A stretch of 64,000 bases of DNA from Hydrolagus colliei (lineage: Eukaryota): positions 16,616,001 through 16,680,000 of the forward strand of contig CM068750.1 in the NCBI GenBank assembly GCA_035084275.1. The letters run 5' to 3'. Below are positions 13,950 to 26,944 of the stretch, one piece after another. Both the position numbers and the translations under genes were made by a program. The first letter of the stretch is position 1, and each line of letters starts with the position of its first letter. The notes below the pieces were generated by a model, which had not been told where the DNA came from, did not search any database, and saw nothing but the letters and a program-made list of their open reading frames with translations.

Positions 13950-14682
13950 TTTTAAAACAATAGAAAGGGTAGGACCAATAGTGAAGCAAGGACCCATTTC
14001 TTGCAAATTCCTTCAATGAACTGTAAACAATGCGTGGAATAGTTTATAATAAATGGAACCAATTTTTTTTAAAAAACAGAATTACCAAACAAACCATTAC
14101 ATATGAAGTTAATTTAACCAATCACCAGAAGGCAACAGATGCTTCATGGTTTTAAAAATGCATATTTTTCTCCATTCTGTTTATTCATGTCTCCCAGCAA
14201 CACCGTTATTGGGATAAAAAGGCAGCCCATCTGCTCCGAAGGCATCCTCAATTCTTGCACTGAATGTCAAAGGCTACACAATAGTTTATGAAATGATGAT
14301 CTCCAACAAGTTTCATTTAATCCCCAATGCCACAAATGACATCATCAGCTTTGCACACATTGGAAACCACAAATATCAAGCAGCCCAGTTATGAAATGGA
14401 CGTCTGGATCCATGACTCAGAAACACACGCTTCTGTTATACTTGGATTTCACAATATACCTGCAGATACATAAAGCCAACAGACTCGCCCGGTACTTTAC
14501 AGTTAATCTCAAGATTGGCTCTTACACGATATTTAGAGCATCCATCCCTTTTAAAGCAATAGAAAGGGTAGGACCGATAGTGAAGCAAGGACCCATTTCT
14601 TGCAAATTCCTTCAATGAACTGTAAACTATGCGTGGAATAGTTTGTAATAAATGGAACAAATCTTTTCTAAAAAAAAGATTA
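13950..14682. repeat. Local direct duplication of ~130 bp (13950-14084 and 14549-14682)
   Basis: caatagaaagggtaggacc(a/g)atagtgaagcaaggacccatttcttgcaaattccttcaatgaactgtaaac... occurs twice with a 599-bp offset and few substitutions. Confidence 0.92.
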
Positions 14683-14999
14683 GTTACTGTGAATCAGGAA
14701 ACATTGATAACAACCAGTTTCCATGTTCACTTAGCCAAGGATTTCAGAAAGATAGCCCACACAAACAATTTCAAACAGCGTACGCAATGCAATTCTTCTC
14801 CCATTTTATTTGTTGATGAATAACGTTAATAGAAATTGACTAATCCCAAATAAAACCCAAAATGGAGTACGACAATAAAAACTACGTACAACTTCACCCT
14901 TTACAGGTTCAGATATAGGCAGAGGCCTCAATTTACAATGCAAAGAGGCAACTACAAAGTCAAGCGGGGGTGGGGGGGGGGGGGGGGGGGGGGGGGGGC

Positions 15000-15560
15000 G
15001 TCAGGTTAAGGGCAGGGGACAGAGAGTAGGAAAAGGAGGAGAGTTAGGAAGAAAGGGAGGAAGTGAGACGAAGGGACTGCGGGATGGAGTTCCAGAGTGT
15101 GGGAGTAGAGAGGCTGAAAGCCCGACCACCGATGGTAGGGCAATTCGGGCGGGGAACATGGAGCAGGCCAGAGCCGACTGAACGGAGGGGACGGGAAGGC
15201 TGATAGGGAGACAGCAGCTTGGAGAGATAGGCGGGGGCAAAGTCATGAATGGTTTTGAAAGTGAGGACGAGGATCTTGAATTCGATCCTCTGGGGGATGG
15301 GGAGCCAGTGGAGACGGGCGAGGGTGGGAGTGATGGCTCTCAGAGCCTAGTGCGGGAGAGTACACGAGCTGCAGAGCTCTGAATAATCTGCAAAGCTCTG
15401 AATAATCTGCAGAGCTCTGAATAATCTGCAGCTTGAGGGGAGGAGCTGGGAAGGTCGACGAGGAGAGAGTTCCCATAGTTGAGCCTTGATGTGATGAATG
15501 CATGGAAAAGTGTTTCAGCGGCAGTGGCGGAGTCTGGCAATGTTGCTGAGGTGGTGGAAA
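15000..15560 (-). mobile_element. L2 LINE fragment with an internal 19-bp triplication
   Basis: AETLFHAFITSRLNYGNSLL...LQIIQSSAARVLSRT matches L2 ORF2. (ctgcagagctctgaataat)x3 at 15369-15425. Confidence 0.88.
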
Positions 15561-17236
15561 GCAGTACCCATCATGGCATGAATTTGGGGGAGGAAGAAAA
15601 CTTTGACAATTGGTTTGACTGTATTTTGTGGATGCTTTAATCATTACCTGGGAGTAACTTAAATAAATCACAATTAAGTGCTTAAGTGCTGTTAAAAAGC
15701 ACCATTCTTCTAATTTATGGCTTCAGAGTCTAGAATTTCTTAATTCAAATAATTTATGGTTATCCAATAATTTATATAATGTTGTTTAGTTAAAGGATTT
15801 TCAGGTTTACAGTTTTTGAATAACTCAATGGGTTTAATGAAATCCCTCCAATATATTTTATATTACAGTATTTCAATGTTACTGGTTAGATGCTTCGCTA
15901 CATTTGTACACTGAAATAAGAAACATTTATGTTCCAAAGATACAATTCCACAAAACAATTCAGTATTAAATACAAAATATGAATCCTTATTATTCTACAC
16001 TTGATCTCCAACTTTCTGGGAAACAATTACAGCGCTGGTTTTTTTTAAACCAGCTGGATTCTTTTTAATGCATCATCATTAAACAAACTTACAGTACAAG
16101 TAATTAGCATTTTTAAATTCCCTTTGGCTTTAAGATAACTCATTTTCATTGGGATACAACCTTAACAGTTTGCCCGAAAACAACCGCCAATTACTACTCG
16201 TCAAAGCTAGCTAAATGCACACATCCTGATGTATAAAGTATCAGAAATAAACTTAGCCACATAAATTATACAGGACTTGCTTTATTTTCAATTCAGACTC
16301 AACACTAACAAGGCAGAATAGAGTCAATAAGGGACCATGTAAAGCACTGCATTTTGTAACCCTAGGTAAGAAAATTAGTTCCTTTATGGATGGGTGAGGA
16401 AAAAATAATACCTGGATAATATATTCTGGGTGATTTAAGTTTATGGTCAAGCTTAGAACGATGCAAAAAGAACAAACGTAATTGTCAAGAATGTAATGGA
16501 AAAAAAAAATGGATCAGTTGTACATTTAATCAAATGCATCCCTTAACCTCTCATTCATATAAAGTCAATACAGCACACACACACATGCTGTAGAGAAAAG
16601 GCTTGCAGTAGCCACACTTCAATTTATTGAACTAGAGTTTTTTCCAAGATCATTTTGCACTGCATCATTCTATTTATGGACCAGTCAACATCACATTGAA
16701 GTGCAATCAGGTACCATTAATAATAAACCAAATCCTCTTTAAACCTCCCAAACAGTTGAAGGAATGAGTAGCCAAATTACCAACTTAACAAACATGAACA
16801 GAACTCTGAATTCAGCTGTTTTTTAATACTGAGATACAGTCATTCAACCAACCAACCAGCTTTTTAAAACATATTTAAGATACTTAAAACTGTTTTTTAT
16901 ACAGTTTCCAAAACTACACCCTCTTGATGGTGTGAACATGCTGAACTGAAACAGTATAAAACAGAATACCAACGATTTAAAATCTTAATAGATCATGGGC
17001 TGTGGGGGAAGCAAGAGAAGTACCTTTGATTCAATATATAACTGATATAGATATTGCCCCCCCGCCCCCCACACACACACACAAATAAAATCACCTTTTT
17101 CTCAAGTCAACCAAAGATTTATAAGGAAAAGGTTGTTGCAGAAATAATACAAGGCCACAACATATTCAAAACTGAAAAAAAGTATCGTCATCGAGAATCC
17201 AAGACTATAAAAATTAGTCATGAGTACTATACTCAT

Positions 17237-17580
17237 GTGGAGCTCTTGTGGCTCAGTGGTTAGAGCACTTGTCTTGCAAGCTGGGGAGACCAAGCTGGGG
17301 AGACCTGTGTTCAAATCCAGGCAGGTCAGGGCGAAATCTTGGGCAAATTTCCTTACTCCGCATGCCTAATAATAATAATCCCTCCAAAAAAACCACAATA
17401 ATAAAATTGGTCATTTCAATCCATGACTGTGTGTGGGACACTGCTGTGCGCAATTGGCTGCCGCGATTCGCCCAGAAATATATACAGTCAATTCACTTTA
17501 CAGTATATTCTGTGAAGCGGTTTGGGACGTTGATAAGATGTGGAAAGCGCTATATCAAATGCAAGGATTATTATTATTAT
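17237..17580 (+). mobile_element. Full-length tRNA-derived SINE
   Basis: gtggctcagtggttagagc...gttcaaatcc head, 14-bp internal tandem duplication at 17277-17304, (TTA)n tail, and flanking direct repeat aaattagtcatga. Confidence 0.92.
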
Positions 17581-18870
17581 ACAAATTAGTCATGAACACT
17601 ATTTACAGGATTAAAGTGTTGTCAGAATTAGAAACAAGCATGAGTAATTTAGAACATTCAGAACATCAAGATTACATTCCAGCCCAGCAAACCATTCTTT
17701 GTATCAGGCATTGTTTACAATATGTATGCAGAATTGATTTATGTGAGGATTTTATTCCTTTTGGCTCATATCCTTGTTCTACATCCTTGATGCACAATAG
17801 CATGAAAGATCATTTAAGAATATTTTACAATTGTTTATTTAAAATTTTCTACAGCCAGTAGTTTAGAAACCTTTTGACTTTACAAATGATTCACAAGCGT
17901 ATGATTGTTTGGGTACTGTTGCATATCACTGAAAGGTGTACAGAAATCTAGGGTTTGAATCACTAACATATGGTTTTCAAAACCAATGTCCGGCAGCATT
18001 TGTGCTACTTGAACAATGAGTCACCCAAGAAGGCAAAAAAAAGCAGGAAAAAAAACTGGAACATAAAATTAACTAAAATGGAAATATTGAGCTCATAATT
18101 TAAATAAATAAATATGAAATAGTAATTAAAAATAATTCAAAATTAAGTCATTCAAAGATGATTAGCACATCTGGATTATTCAAACAGAAATTCCACCATT
18201 TTGCTTGGATTATGAAATTAGAGCATTTCAGATTCACAAGCAACCCATCAGGTTTGTACTTTGAGAAAATTAGCTGCATTAGTACTATGCTATCAATTCA
18301 ACTAACACCTGGGTCAAATTGCCCTGTGCAATTTGTCTAAAGAAAAGGTTAACTACATACTGCACTGTTCAAGTCTTATCTTCAACAATCAACAACTACA
18401 ACACTACCATTCTATGGGCAAAGGATATGCCCTCTTGCTTTGTCATAGCTTGCAAAATACATTAGCTTAGAAACAAATCTTACAACTAGTCAAACAAATC
18501 AAAATTCCCAACAATGATACCTCAAATCATTCTTTGAACCCCTTGTTGCCGTTTATAGTCTGGATGCTAAACTGAAATGTACAACAATGTATACTCTTTG
18601 ATAAGACCATTTCCCATTTCTTTCAAAAGAGAAATCCAGTCTTCAAACAAATTCATGAATTCAGTTCATTGCATGCACAAAAAAAGACAGATTATGAAAT
18701 AAATGCATTGATTTGTCTCTTCATTACAAATACTCAGATGCAAAAAAAAGCACTATGCTTAGAATACTTAGAATTTTATGGGGCCCACAAAATTATGTTT
18801 AAATAATATTTCTAACCTGTAATTCTGATTTAATACACTAAATGTCATTCTTTTGATACCTCAAAATACC

Positions 18871-18915
18871 TTCCCTTTCCAAATGCTAATATGACATTAG
18901 CATTTGGAAAGGGAA
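18871..18915. repeat. Perfect 20-bp inverted repeat with a 5-nt loop
   Basis: ttccctttccaaatgctaat-atgac-attagcatttggaaagggaa. Confidence 0.95.
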
Positions 18916-21217
18916 CGGGAGTGTGCATTTCTACTTGCAATGGTCCCAGTGCTTAAATCTATTATCATACCTCTCAACATATCACCTCTAACATGCAGTA
19001 TTCCCCAGCACTGGATTGTGTATTTGGAGTGTCAACACTGAACTCAAACATGGGCTTCAACTGACTCAGAGAAATCAGCAATGGAGTCAGGCAGACACAA
19101 GGTACTCATATCACATCATTGCATCACACTTGGCTGAAGTGTTCAAGGTTTACAATCATAATCAATATAATAATGAATATAATAATATAATAGTGAAGTT
19201 TTGATCAATTTACATGTCAATCCTTTATGCACCATGGAGAAGCTGATGGCTTTCTTCATACAATGATGCTGAATACAATACAGAATATAACCCAGACACT
19301 GAAGTCAATTATATATGCTATTTTTTGTACTGGGAAATGAAATACTAAGATTTTTAAACAAGTCCAAATCAGTATTTTAATACAATAATGCTTTGCACAT
19401 AATATAAACTTATTTGGGGAGGAGGCTAGATGTCATCGTCTAAAAAGAAATGAAAGGAAACCGTATTAAGTTGCTAATGCAGAGATTGTTCTTTTCTCAG
19501 CCGAAACCCAGCAAGATAGTCAGAAAGAGGAAGGGTGTTACCTGTAATGTTTTTCCTTTGATTATAAAAGACTTCAGCCTATCTGCACAATACTTGGCTA
19601 ACATGTTAAATCAACCTTCATATAGTAAACTCTTTTAGGAATTTCCTGATAAACCAAGATGATTGTAGCTATCAAATCTTGTGCTTACATTTCTTGTTGG
19701 TTCAATAAAAAAGGTTAACTATTTTAAAGTTGTCTTAACTGTCCATCATATTATAACAAATAAATTTTTCTGAGAAGTAAATATTACTCTTGCCTCAGTG
19801 GCCCAATGCAGAAGATCAACCAGTCCATGGTGAATTAATTTGAGCAGCACTGCAAGCACGACAGAATTTCAAAAACGAAAATGCTACTGACTGAGCTAGG
19901 CTGTCACATAATCCGTTCATTTGATATAGCACCTTACCTTACTCTTCTTGGTACAGTATATCAAAGTGCTTCGCAGGCAATACTGTAAAGTGAATTGATA
20001 ATGTTTGTGGGCGAAACCTGGAATACTTACAAATCTTATTCACCTGCTCACTTTCCTACCATTTATTATTCTGTTCTGACAATTTACTAACATTTAATTC
20101 AGAAATTACATCTAAAAAATAATTGTTTCGTGATTTTGAGTAAAGTTATGGTACAATTCTGTTGAGATAGCCGTTTGTTTCTTCCTGAGTTACTGTGGAA
20201 ACAGCAGAAAAACATCTTTAACTCCCCTGTAAAACTGCCATCACTGCTCAAACATAGCACTTGTTTTTGAAACGCCAAATTATGAGGTAATTTGAGAGTA
20301 GGCGCAACATCAGAGGTCACAGCACATTTGGTTTATACTAAATGCTGTGTTTTTTTCCCCAACTGAACCTATCAAAATCCAGGTCTAAACCAAGAAAAAA
20401 GCAGCCTAATTTTATCATTAGGAGGAGCTCTGCTATTTTCATGAATAACAGAAGTTAATGTAGGAAACTCAGGATTGTATCACAGTATAACTTTGCATAG
20501 ACTGAATGTGTTTTTTTTTTTAAATGATCAATTCATAGATTCTAAAATTTGTGCACCAACTTCAGATCTTAAGGCCAATGGATTTACCAAATATCAGCTC
20601 ATCTCAGTTGAAATTGTTTATTGAAGTTGAAATTGAACTTAAGTGTATTTGTGCACAAGGTGGACTAAACATCTGATAACAGATTTGTTTGGTGACATGA
20701 AAATACTACTGTATTCATCAAGCAACCTAAACAACCATCACTCAACATAATATTGTACACCAATAAGACCAGTATTTACTGCCAGCCAATGTGCAGAGAT
20801 TTCTGCAACATGTCACTCATTATTATTAACAGAATAATGGCAAAAGACTCCAAACAGCAGCTCTCTTCAGTATTGGGTCATCCTTTCTCAAGTAAAGATT
20901 TCAGACCAAAGGATTGGATTTTCAGAAATCTCTAATTGCTCGTGAAATTCAACTGCCTCATTTAAAAAGAACATGGTGTTCTGTTGATAGCGGACAATTT
21001 CTTTCTCACACAACCAGTATTTATTATGCAAGGCTACAGTTTACATTGGATGATAATCACACACAAATCTTATGTTGAAGCCTGATAGGGGGCTCAGAGA
21101 GCTTCCCTACAAACCCTGGGATCAATCTGCAGTTTTTTTCCTGCAATAACAGTATCCTGACAAACCAGAATCTTCTCAACTATCTTTAGATTGAAGAAAA
21201 TGGAGAAAGCTCAAATT

Positions 21218-21550
21218 AACAACAAAATTACACTTATGCCTTCCAGGTCAGGAGGACATCGCAAGGCACCGGACAGTCTTTTTTCAGACCTGAGCTAGGG
21301 TCAGGGATAGGGAGGGTGGAGGGAAAGGGGGTGTGGCAAATGACTGATGAGACCATCGAAGAGGAGGGTCTTGGGGCAAGAGTTGAAGGAGGCCTGGGAG
21401 GGGGCGAGGCGGAGGGACTTCCAGAGGTTGGAGGCAGCGTGGCTGAAGGCTCACCCGCCAATGGTGGGGCGGATGGGTCAAGGGGCGTGGAGCAGGCTGG
21501 ATCCTGCTGAGCGGAGGGGGCAGGCAAGTTGGTAGAGGATTTGCAGGTCA
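21218..21550 (-). mobile_element. L2 LINE 3' end
   Basis: Same 3' UTR and tail as the copies at 54635, 56970 and 58733. Confidence 0.85.
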
Positions 21551-21602
21551 ATCAATCCTCTTGTGCATTTCATTCCTTCACCTAGTCAGCTATTTCCATA
21601 TA

Positions 21603-21800
21603 CAGAAAAAGCCCGTTTATCCGGCACCTTCGGGATTTGGCCAATGCCAGTTAAAGCGCATGCCGGCTATTCGGCCGAAAACACAAAAAAAATGCATTGT
21701 GCCGGATAAATTCCGGTTAATTGAATGCAGACTTTTTTTTGAGGTGCCGGTTATACAGAAATTACGGTTGATCGGCTGACGTATAAACGGGCTTTTACTA
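21603..21800. mobile_element. Tc1/mariner (pogo/Tigger-like) MITE, copy 1
   Basis: ta|cagaaaaagcccgtttatccg ... cgtataaacgggcttttacta|ta: TIRs plus a TA TSD. Homologous to 26425-26638. Confidence 0.85.
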
Positions 21801-22085
21801 TAAAATAAATGTTCTCTTTCATATATTGATATAGTATTTATTTCCCTTTTTATCAAACTATTTGTTTTCCCTTTATTACCAAATTGCAAATTTCTGGTTT
21901 ATTGATAGTGTTAAATTTTGTTTTTTTAATCTGCCGTTACATTTTAGAAACAATTTTTTTTAAACAGAGACCATATATAACACCCAAACCATGCTCAAAC
22001 ACAATGAATATTGCACTAATGGCATTGTGTCAGATAGTTTCAAAGATTTGTGGCAAACGCCTAGATGGAAGTTAGCGGTTAACTC

Positions 22086-22220
22086 ATAAGAACATAAAGA
22101 AAAAGGAGCAGGACATTTGGCTCCTCGAACCTGCCCCACCATTTAATAAGATCATGGCTGATCTTCTAACCTAATTCCATTTGTCCACCCTATCACCATA
22201 TCCCTTAGTCCCTCTTAACT
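22086..22220 (-). mobile_element. CR1-type 3' end
   Basis: cataagaacataa...ggagcaggacatttggctcctcgaacctgccccaccatttaataagatcatggctgatct is the reverse complement of a chondrichthyan-type CR1 tail. Confidence 0.7.
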
Positions 22221-22329
22221 CATCATAACATCACTTTACAAAAAGAGTGTTTTGTTACCATTTACAGTTGGAGTTAATTTGCTTCCATGCTAAGTCCATT
22301 TGTCTGTGAGCCAGGCCCAGGGAGAGAAG

Positions 22330-22452
22330 TCACAATATTTTGAATAAGTCAGAGTGCAGAACAATAAGGATGGAGATGATAGGACAGGAAGGCATGAGGA
22401 GGATCGCAAAATCCTTCTATGAGGACCTGTACCACGAGAAAGCCTCGGAGAG
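22330..22452 (+). mobile_element. Short internal fragment of an L1/Tx1-type ORF2
   Basis: 22391-22450 translates GMRRIAKSFYEDLYHEKASE, resembling the 'FY..LY' motif just before the RT domain of L1/Tx1 elements. Confidence 0.5.
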
Positions 22453-22599
22453 CTTATTTACAGTTTACATGAGACGCTGCATTAATTTTTAACAAACCAG
22501 GGATACAACAACACCAAAAGGCTGGAGCCCACCGGAGGCGGGGGAGGAGGAAGAGCAGGCAGGTTGGTAGACGGTTCAGAGTCAGACTCCTTGACAGGC

Positions 22600-22985
22600 G
22601 CCACCTGGTACCTGTCTCTGAAAGGACCAATTTCGAGATCCTCGTCCTCCCATACAAATCCCCTTGTGTTTCACCACCTTCTCCCTCTGACCTGATTGAC
22701 CCCACTCATTTGCCCACTCCCTTTGATTACCGGTAGTTAATATAGGCTTGCTGCTCTTTGCCTGATCCCACCTACCACTTACTGGTGGTGGTCATGCCTT
22801 CAGCCACTGTTGTGTCCCTAACCATTGGATCTTCCTGCGTTAGTCCCTCTGCCTTGATGCAACTTTATCTTTAAGTTCCACCTTAAGACTTATTTTTTAA
22901 TCCAAATTTATGGTTCTCCATGTCGAACTCCACAATGTGCAGCAATCTCACCCTATCATATGTGAAGAGCTTCATAAAAATAAAA
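22600..22985 (+). mobile_element. Old L2 fragment
   Basis: Degenerate 'ttcgagatcctcgtcctc...gccttcagccac...ttggatctt' similarity to the L2 3' region. Confidence 0.55.
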
Positions 22986-25574
22986 AAAATTTTTTTGGGG
23001 GGGGGGAGGTTGGGGAAATGGTGGTGGGGGGGTGGGAGGAAGAGGCTTATCCTTGATGACTTCAGCTCATTGAGTAAAGTGTTGGCTATTGCTTAAACCT
23101 CAGCTCTTTTCAACCCTGGTTAACCAAGGTCATTGTTTTGGAATTGAGGTCAGCATAATTTCATGTAAAACTTGAACTTATATCAGATATCTAAACTTTG
23201 GAGAAAGCACTCAATTTTATAATTGCAATGTTGTAACAACAAATGGAAAGTTTGAAATTATTAAGACTTTTTTTAAATTGGAAATGGGAAAGATGTGTGA
23301 TTGTGCATGTTTCTAAAGGATGATGCGCGGCTGATGCACAAGGATATAGAATTTCTAGTTCTGACTGAGTGTTGCGCAACCAGCACTTGTCAAATTACAT
23401 GGCATAATTAGGTTATTCTCTGTCAACGCTGTCAGCGGACCATTTCCGCTTCGGTCAAATTTATTCTCTCACTGTCGTCTATTCCAGTTCCAGAAGTTGC
23501 AGTTCTCCAATTTATTTTTGTAACATCTTGGTGCCATGTGATAAATTTATCATACTCTGTAATTTTATGTGCGTATATATGTACTCATTAGAACTTGCAG
23601 CATTTGTGATTTTATACCCAACAAAATGCACGCTAGAGCTACTGTTTTGGGAAACAGACTCTGTAGGAATTCACGTAGACACCTGAACTCACAGCTTAAG
23701 TGTGAAGTCATAAAGTGCATTAGCTGATAAATGGTGCATGGGAAATATAGTCTTTGAAGCTTACAATTTTTTGAAGTGCAAAAGCACTCGAGTTTCTTAT
23801 ATTTAAGAGTGTTTGTTTTGAAATTCTTGTTCTACAGCTGGTAAACCTGAAAGTTTGGTACAGTACTTTCTAATTCAGATTAAACAACAGGTTTAAATGC
23901 CCAATGTTGTTTCAAACATCTCACATTGATCTCAGATAATCATGTTGTATCTTTACTCAATTTCAGCTATGTTCTATAAATTAATATATAATTTGGCCAT
24001 GAAAATTGCTGCCAACTTGTACTCTATCAGATCCATGAAAATCACTCTAAAGTGCCTTGAGTTGTCTCAAGGACTTGATAAGGCACTATATCCAATGCAA
24101 AGATTAGTATCACCAAAGATAACAAGCATTCCCACTCAACTATATGACCTCACAAGGTGGTTTGGTTAAAGTGCTAAATACAGTACAAAGGATTCAAGTA
24201 ACCAAATCTGGTGACAGCACATTTGATTAATTCTTAAACATTGAATGTACTATCAAGATGGGGGGAACAAAATGCTACAAAGAATGATGTATTTTAGACA
24301 TCAAGTGCTGGATGAGAGCTAACTTTCTTCAGCTGAATGTCAACATGACCAAATTGACACTATAACATCATACATTTTCCATCTCCCATAAGTCATAGCT
24401 TTTGAGAAATAATATCAAATTTTCACTGTAAAATCCTACTTGAAGAACCAGACGACTGGCAAAATCCATTTCATATGCCTACAACCTGCTAAAGAGGCAA
24501 CTTGCATTGCTCTGAAAAAGAATGAGTGAACCAATCTACTATATCTAGCTTTTCAGTTCTAAAATTTTTCTACACTTCATCATGGAGTAGCTCAGCTAAG
24601 AACTGATAAAAGTCACCAATTAAGACTAATGGAGTCCACACTTTTGAGACCTGAATAAATAAATGAAAATTAGACGATCAACTTACAGATTTTACATGTG
24701 ATATTGGGAGAGCCATAATTCTTTGAATATTCTGCTGCTCAAATTCCAACAAATATGGCCCTTAATTTATGCGGAACATTAGTCGGATACAATGTTCCTA
24801 GTATTGCAATGAAGAAGGCTTTCCAAAACAAAGCAACACACATACATGAGCACACATCAGTTAATATAATTAGATGATATAAAGACAACTGTGGCATAAA
24901 TTTAATCATCTCATCTAGCAGTTAAATACTGAAGGGCAATTAGTTGAAAACTGCTAACATGAAGCTGATTGTAAAGCACAAGAGATCCAACTGCAACCAT
25001 TTGACAGGATAATTTATTTTTAGAGAAGTAAAAAAAGGAAATTAAGAATGCTATTTATTTTCCACTGCTAATGGCGAGTATTAAAAGAAAACAATTTTAT
25101 ACATCACTTCTAATTTTTTTTTTAAAACTATTAACTTGAAAAATTGTAACTAATATCTACACAAATTCATGAGCAATTGGACAAGTAACAGGCAGTCTGT
25201 TCCAAACTAGTTCTGACTTGTTCAAGCGGATTTTAAATTAATTTGTACAAGCATTAGAGTAGCATCTAAAACGAGCATTAGTATGTAGTATGGTGCACAT
25301 ATGTGGAAAAGCTGAAGGGACGATTGAGCAGTGATGGAACAGAGTACTGTTTGTCACAACAGAAATTATGTAACTGGGAAACACCATTTCATTGGAGAAA
25401 CACCAAAGACTATTTTCATGTAAATGATTAGTTCTTTAAAAACTGAAAATCCAGATGTGCAGTCAAAAACACAAATGGAGCAACATAATTGCTGTTGGTA
25501 CCTTGAAATCCCATAGGTTAACACTTGAGACCACTAAAGTACTAAAGTATAGGATTGGAGGTTGTATACTGAGC

Positions 25575-25950
25575 AAAGGAGGGGGCCATAAGCATGTTCA
25601 AAGAGGTAGGATTGGATGTGCGCCTTGAAAAGAAAATAGTGTCGCAGAAGAGAGAAACTTCCTGAGGTTTGCGACAAAAGAACTGAAATCTTGGCCACCA
25701 ATGGTGACGTGGAGAAAGCAGTTTGAGTTAGCTGAGCAGAGGATATTGGTAAAAAGGAGGCACCCAGGATTAGATGGATTTATAAGTGTGGACCTTGAAA
25801 TCAATCTGCTGGAAACAAGACGCAAGTTGAGATTGGTGAGGACTTGGGTAATGGGTGTGCAGCATTTAATGCTCATTAAGATGCATGAGCAGAGCTTTGA
25901 ATGAGTTGCAGCATAAGTTTTAGGAGGGGACCTAAAAAGAGTGCATTGAA
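25575..25950 (-). mobile_element. Old L2 fragment
   Basis: Degenerate reverse-strand match to the L2 ORF2 3' region. Confidence 0.5.
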
Positions 25951-26424
25951 AACAAATCTAAGTACAACAACAAATTATACAGCAATCATATAGCTTATAT
26001 AGCACCGTTCTTGACAGCGCCCTTCAAGGTCAGGGAACAAACTATGTGCAGGAGGCCAAATTTGAGGAGGGCAGGGAGTGAGTGGGAAGTGACTGCAGAG
26101 ATATGGTGGGAAAAGTAACAAATAAACTCTACAGGTCAGGAAACTCCTACGATCAGATAGCCTGCTAACACTCATTGACTATGAAAGATAAGCACTTGGG
26201 TGTACCAGGGAAAATCCATATAACTATATTTCAACAGGAGACCCCACGACACAGAGATAAAGATATTTTTGATGAATTCATATATTTTTAGCTTAATTTA
26301 ACCTAAAGTAAATGAAAGTACCTCAGCAACTCCTACAAAATAGGATGGCATATGTGTTCAAAATATTTTATTTATTTGCAGAAGGAAACAATTGTTTTAT
26401 TTACAAATCCTTACAAACTCAATA

Positions 26425-26638
26425 CAGTAAAAGCCTGTTTATCCGGCACCCTCGGGACCTGGTCAATGCCGGTTAAAGCGCATGCTCGATATTTGGCCTA
26501 AAACACACCAAAACAAAATCCCCCCCAAAATGCATTTTCCGGATAAATTCCGGTTAATCGAATGCATACTTTTTTTTTGAAATGCCGGTTGTACGGACGT
26601 TATGGTTGATCAGGTCATGAATAAATGGGCTTTTAATA
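26425..26638. mobile_element. Tc1/mariner (pogo/Tigger-like) MITE, copy 2
   Basis: ta|cagtaaaagcctgtttatccgg ... gaataaatgggcttttaata|ta, with the same internal sequence as copy 1. Confidence 0.85.
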
Positions 26639-26944
26639 TATGTTGCTAACAAGTACTGCTAAAGGAGGACCAGCGAAATATTAACAACAACCACAAAATT
26701 GCATGTATACATTAACATGATGTTAATCATTAACATGATTCTCAACAAAGTTCACTGACTCAAAAATCAGTTTCAACTTAACAATCACTAAAATTGCTAC
26801 TTTCCAGGAATTCCACAGTTTTCTGGTATCCCTGTCGAAGGATCTATAATAATTGAATGTTTCTATTCTAATAAGGACACTATATTATGTGAAACCTACA
26901 GCATCAAAATAGGCCATTCAGTCCAACAGTCTGTGCTGGTGTGT

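Noticed and set aside
13950-14084. Duplicated block as a snoRNA pair or LTRs
   Set aside because: No C/D or H/ACA box arrangement, no hairpins, and no TG...CA ends or TSD recognised.
17237-17325. tRNA genes (also at 12.4, 32.8, 47.5, 54.4 and 62.7 kb)
   Set aside because: These are SINE heads continuing into SINE body and tail, with no acceptor stem closure.
22597-22611. CTCF-like motif ACCAGGTGGCGC on the minus strand
   Set aside because: It lies at the edge of a decayed L2 fragment (the 'LHWLP' codons) and is probably a chance match.
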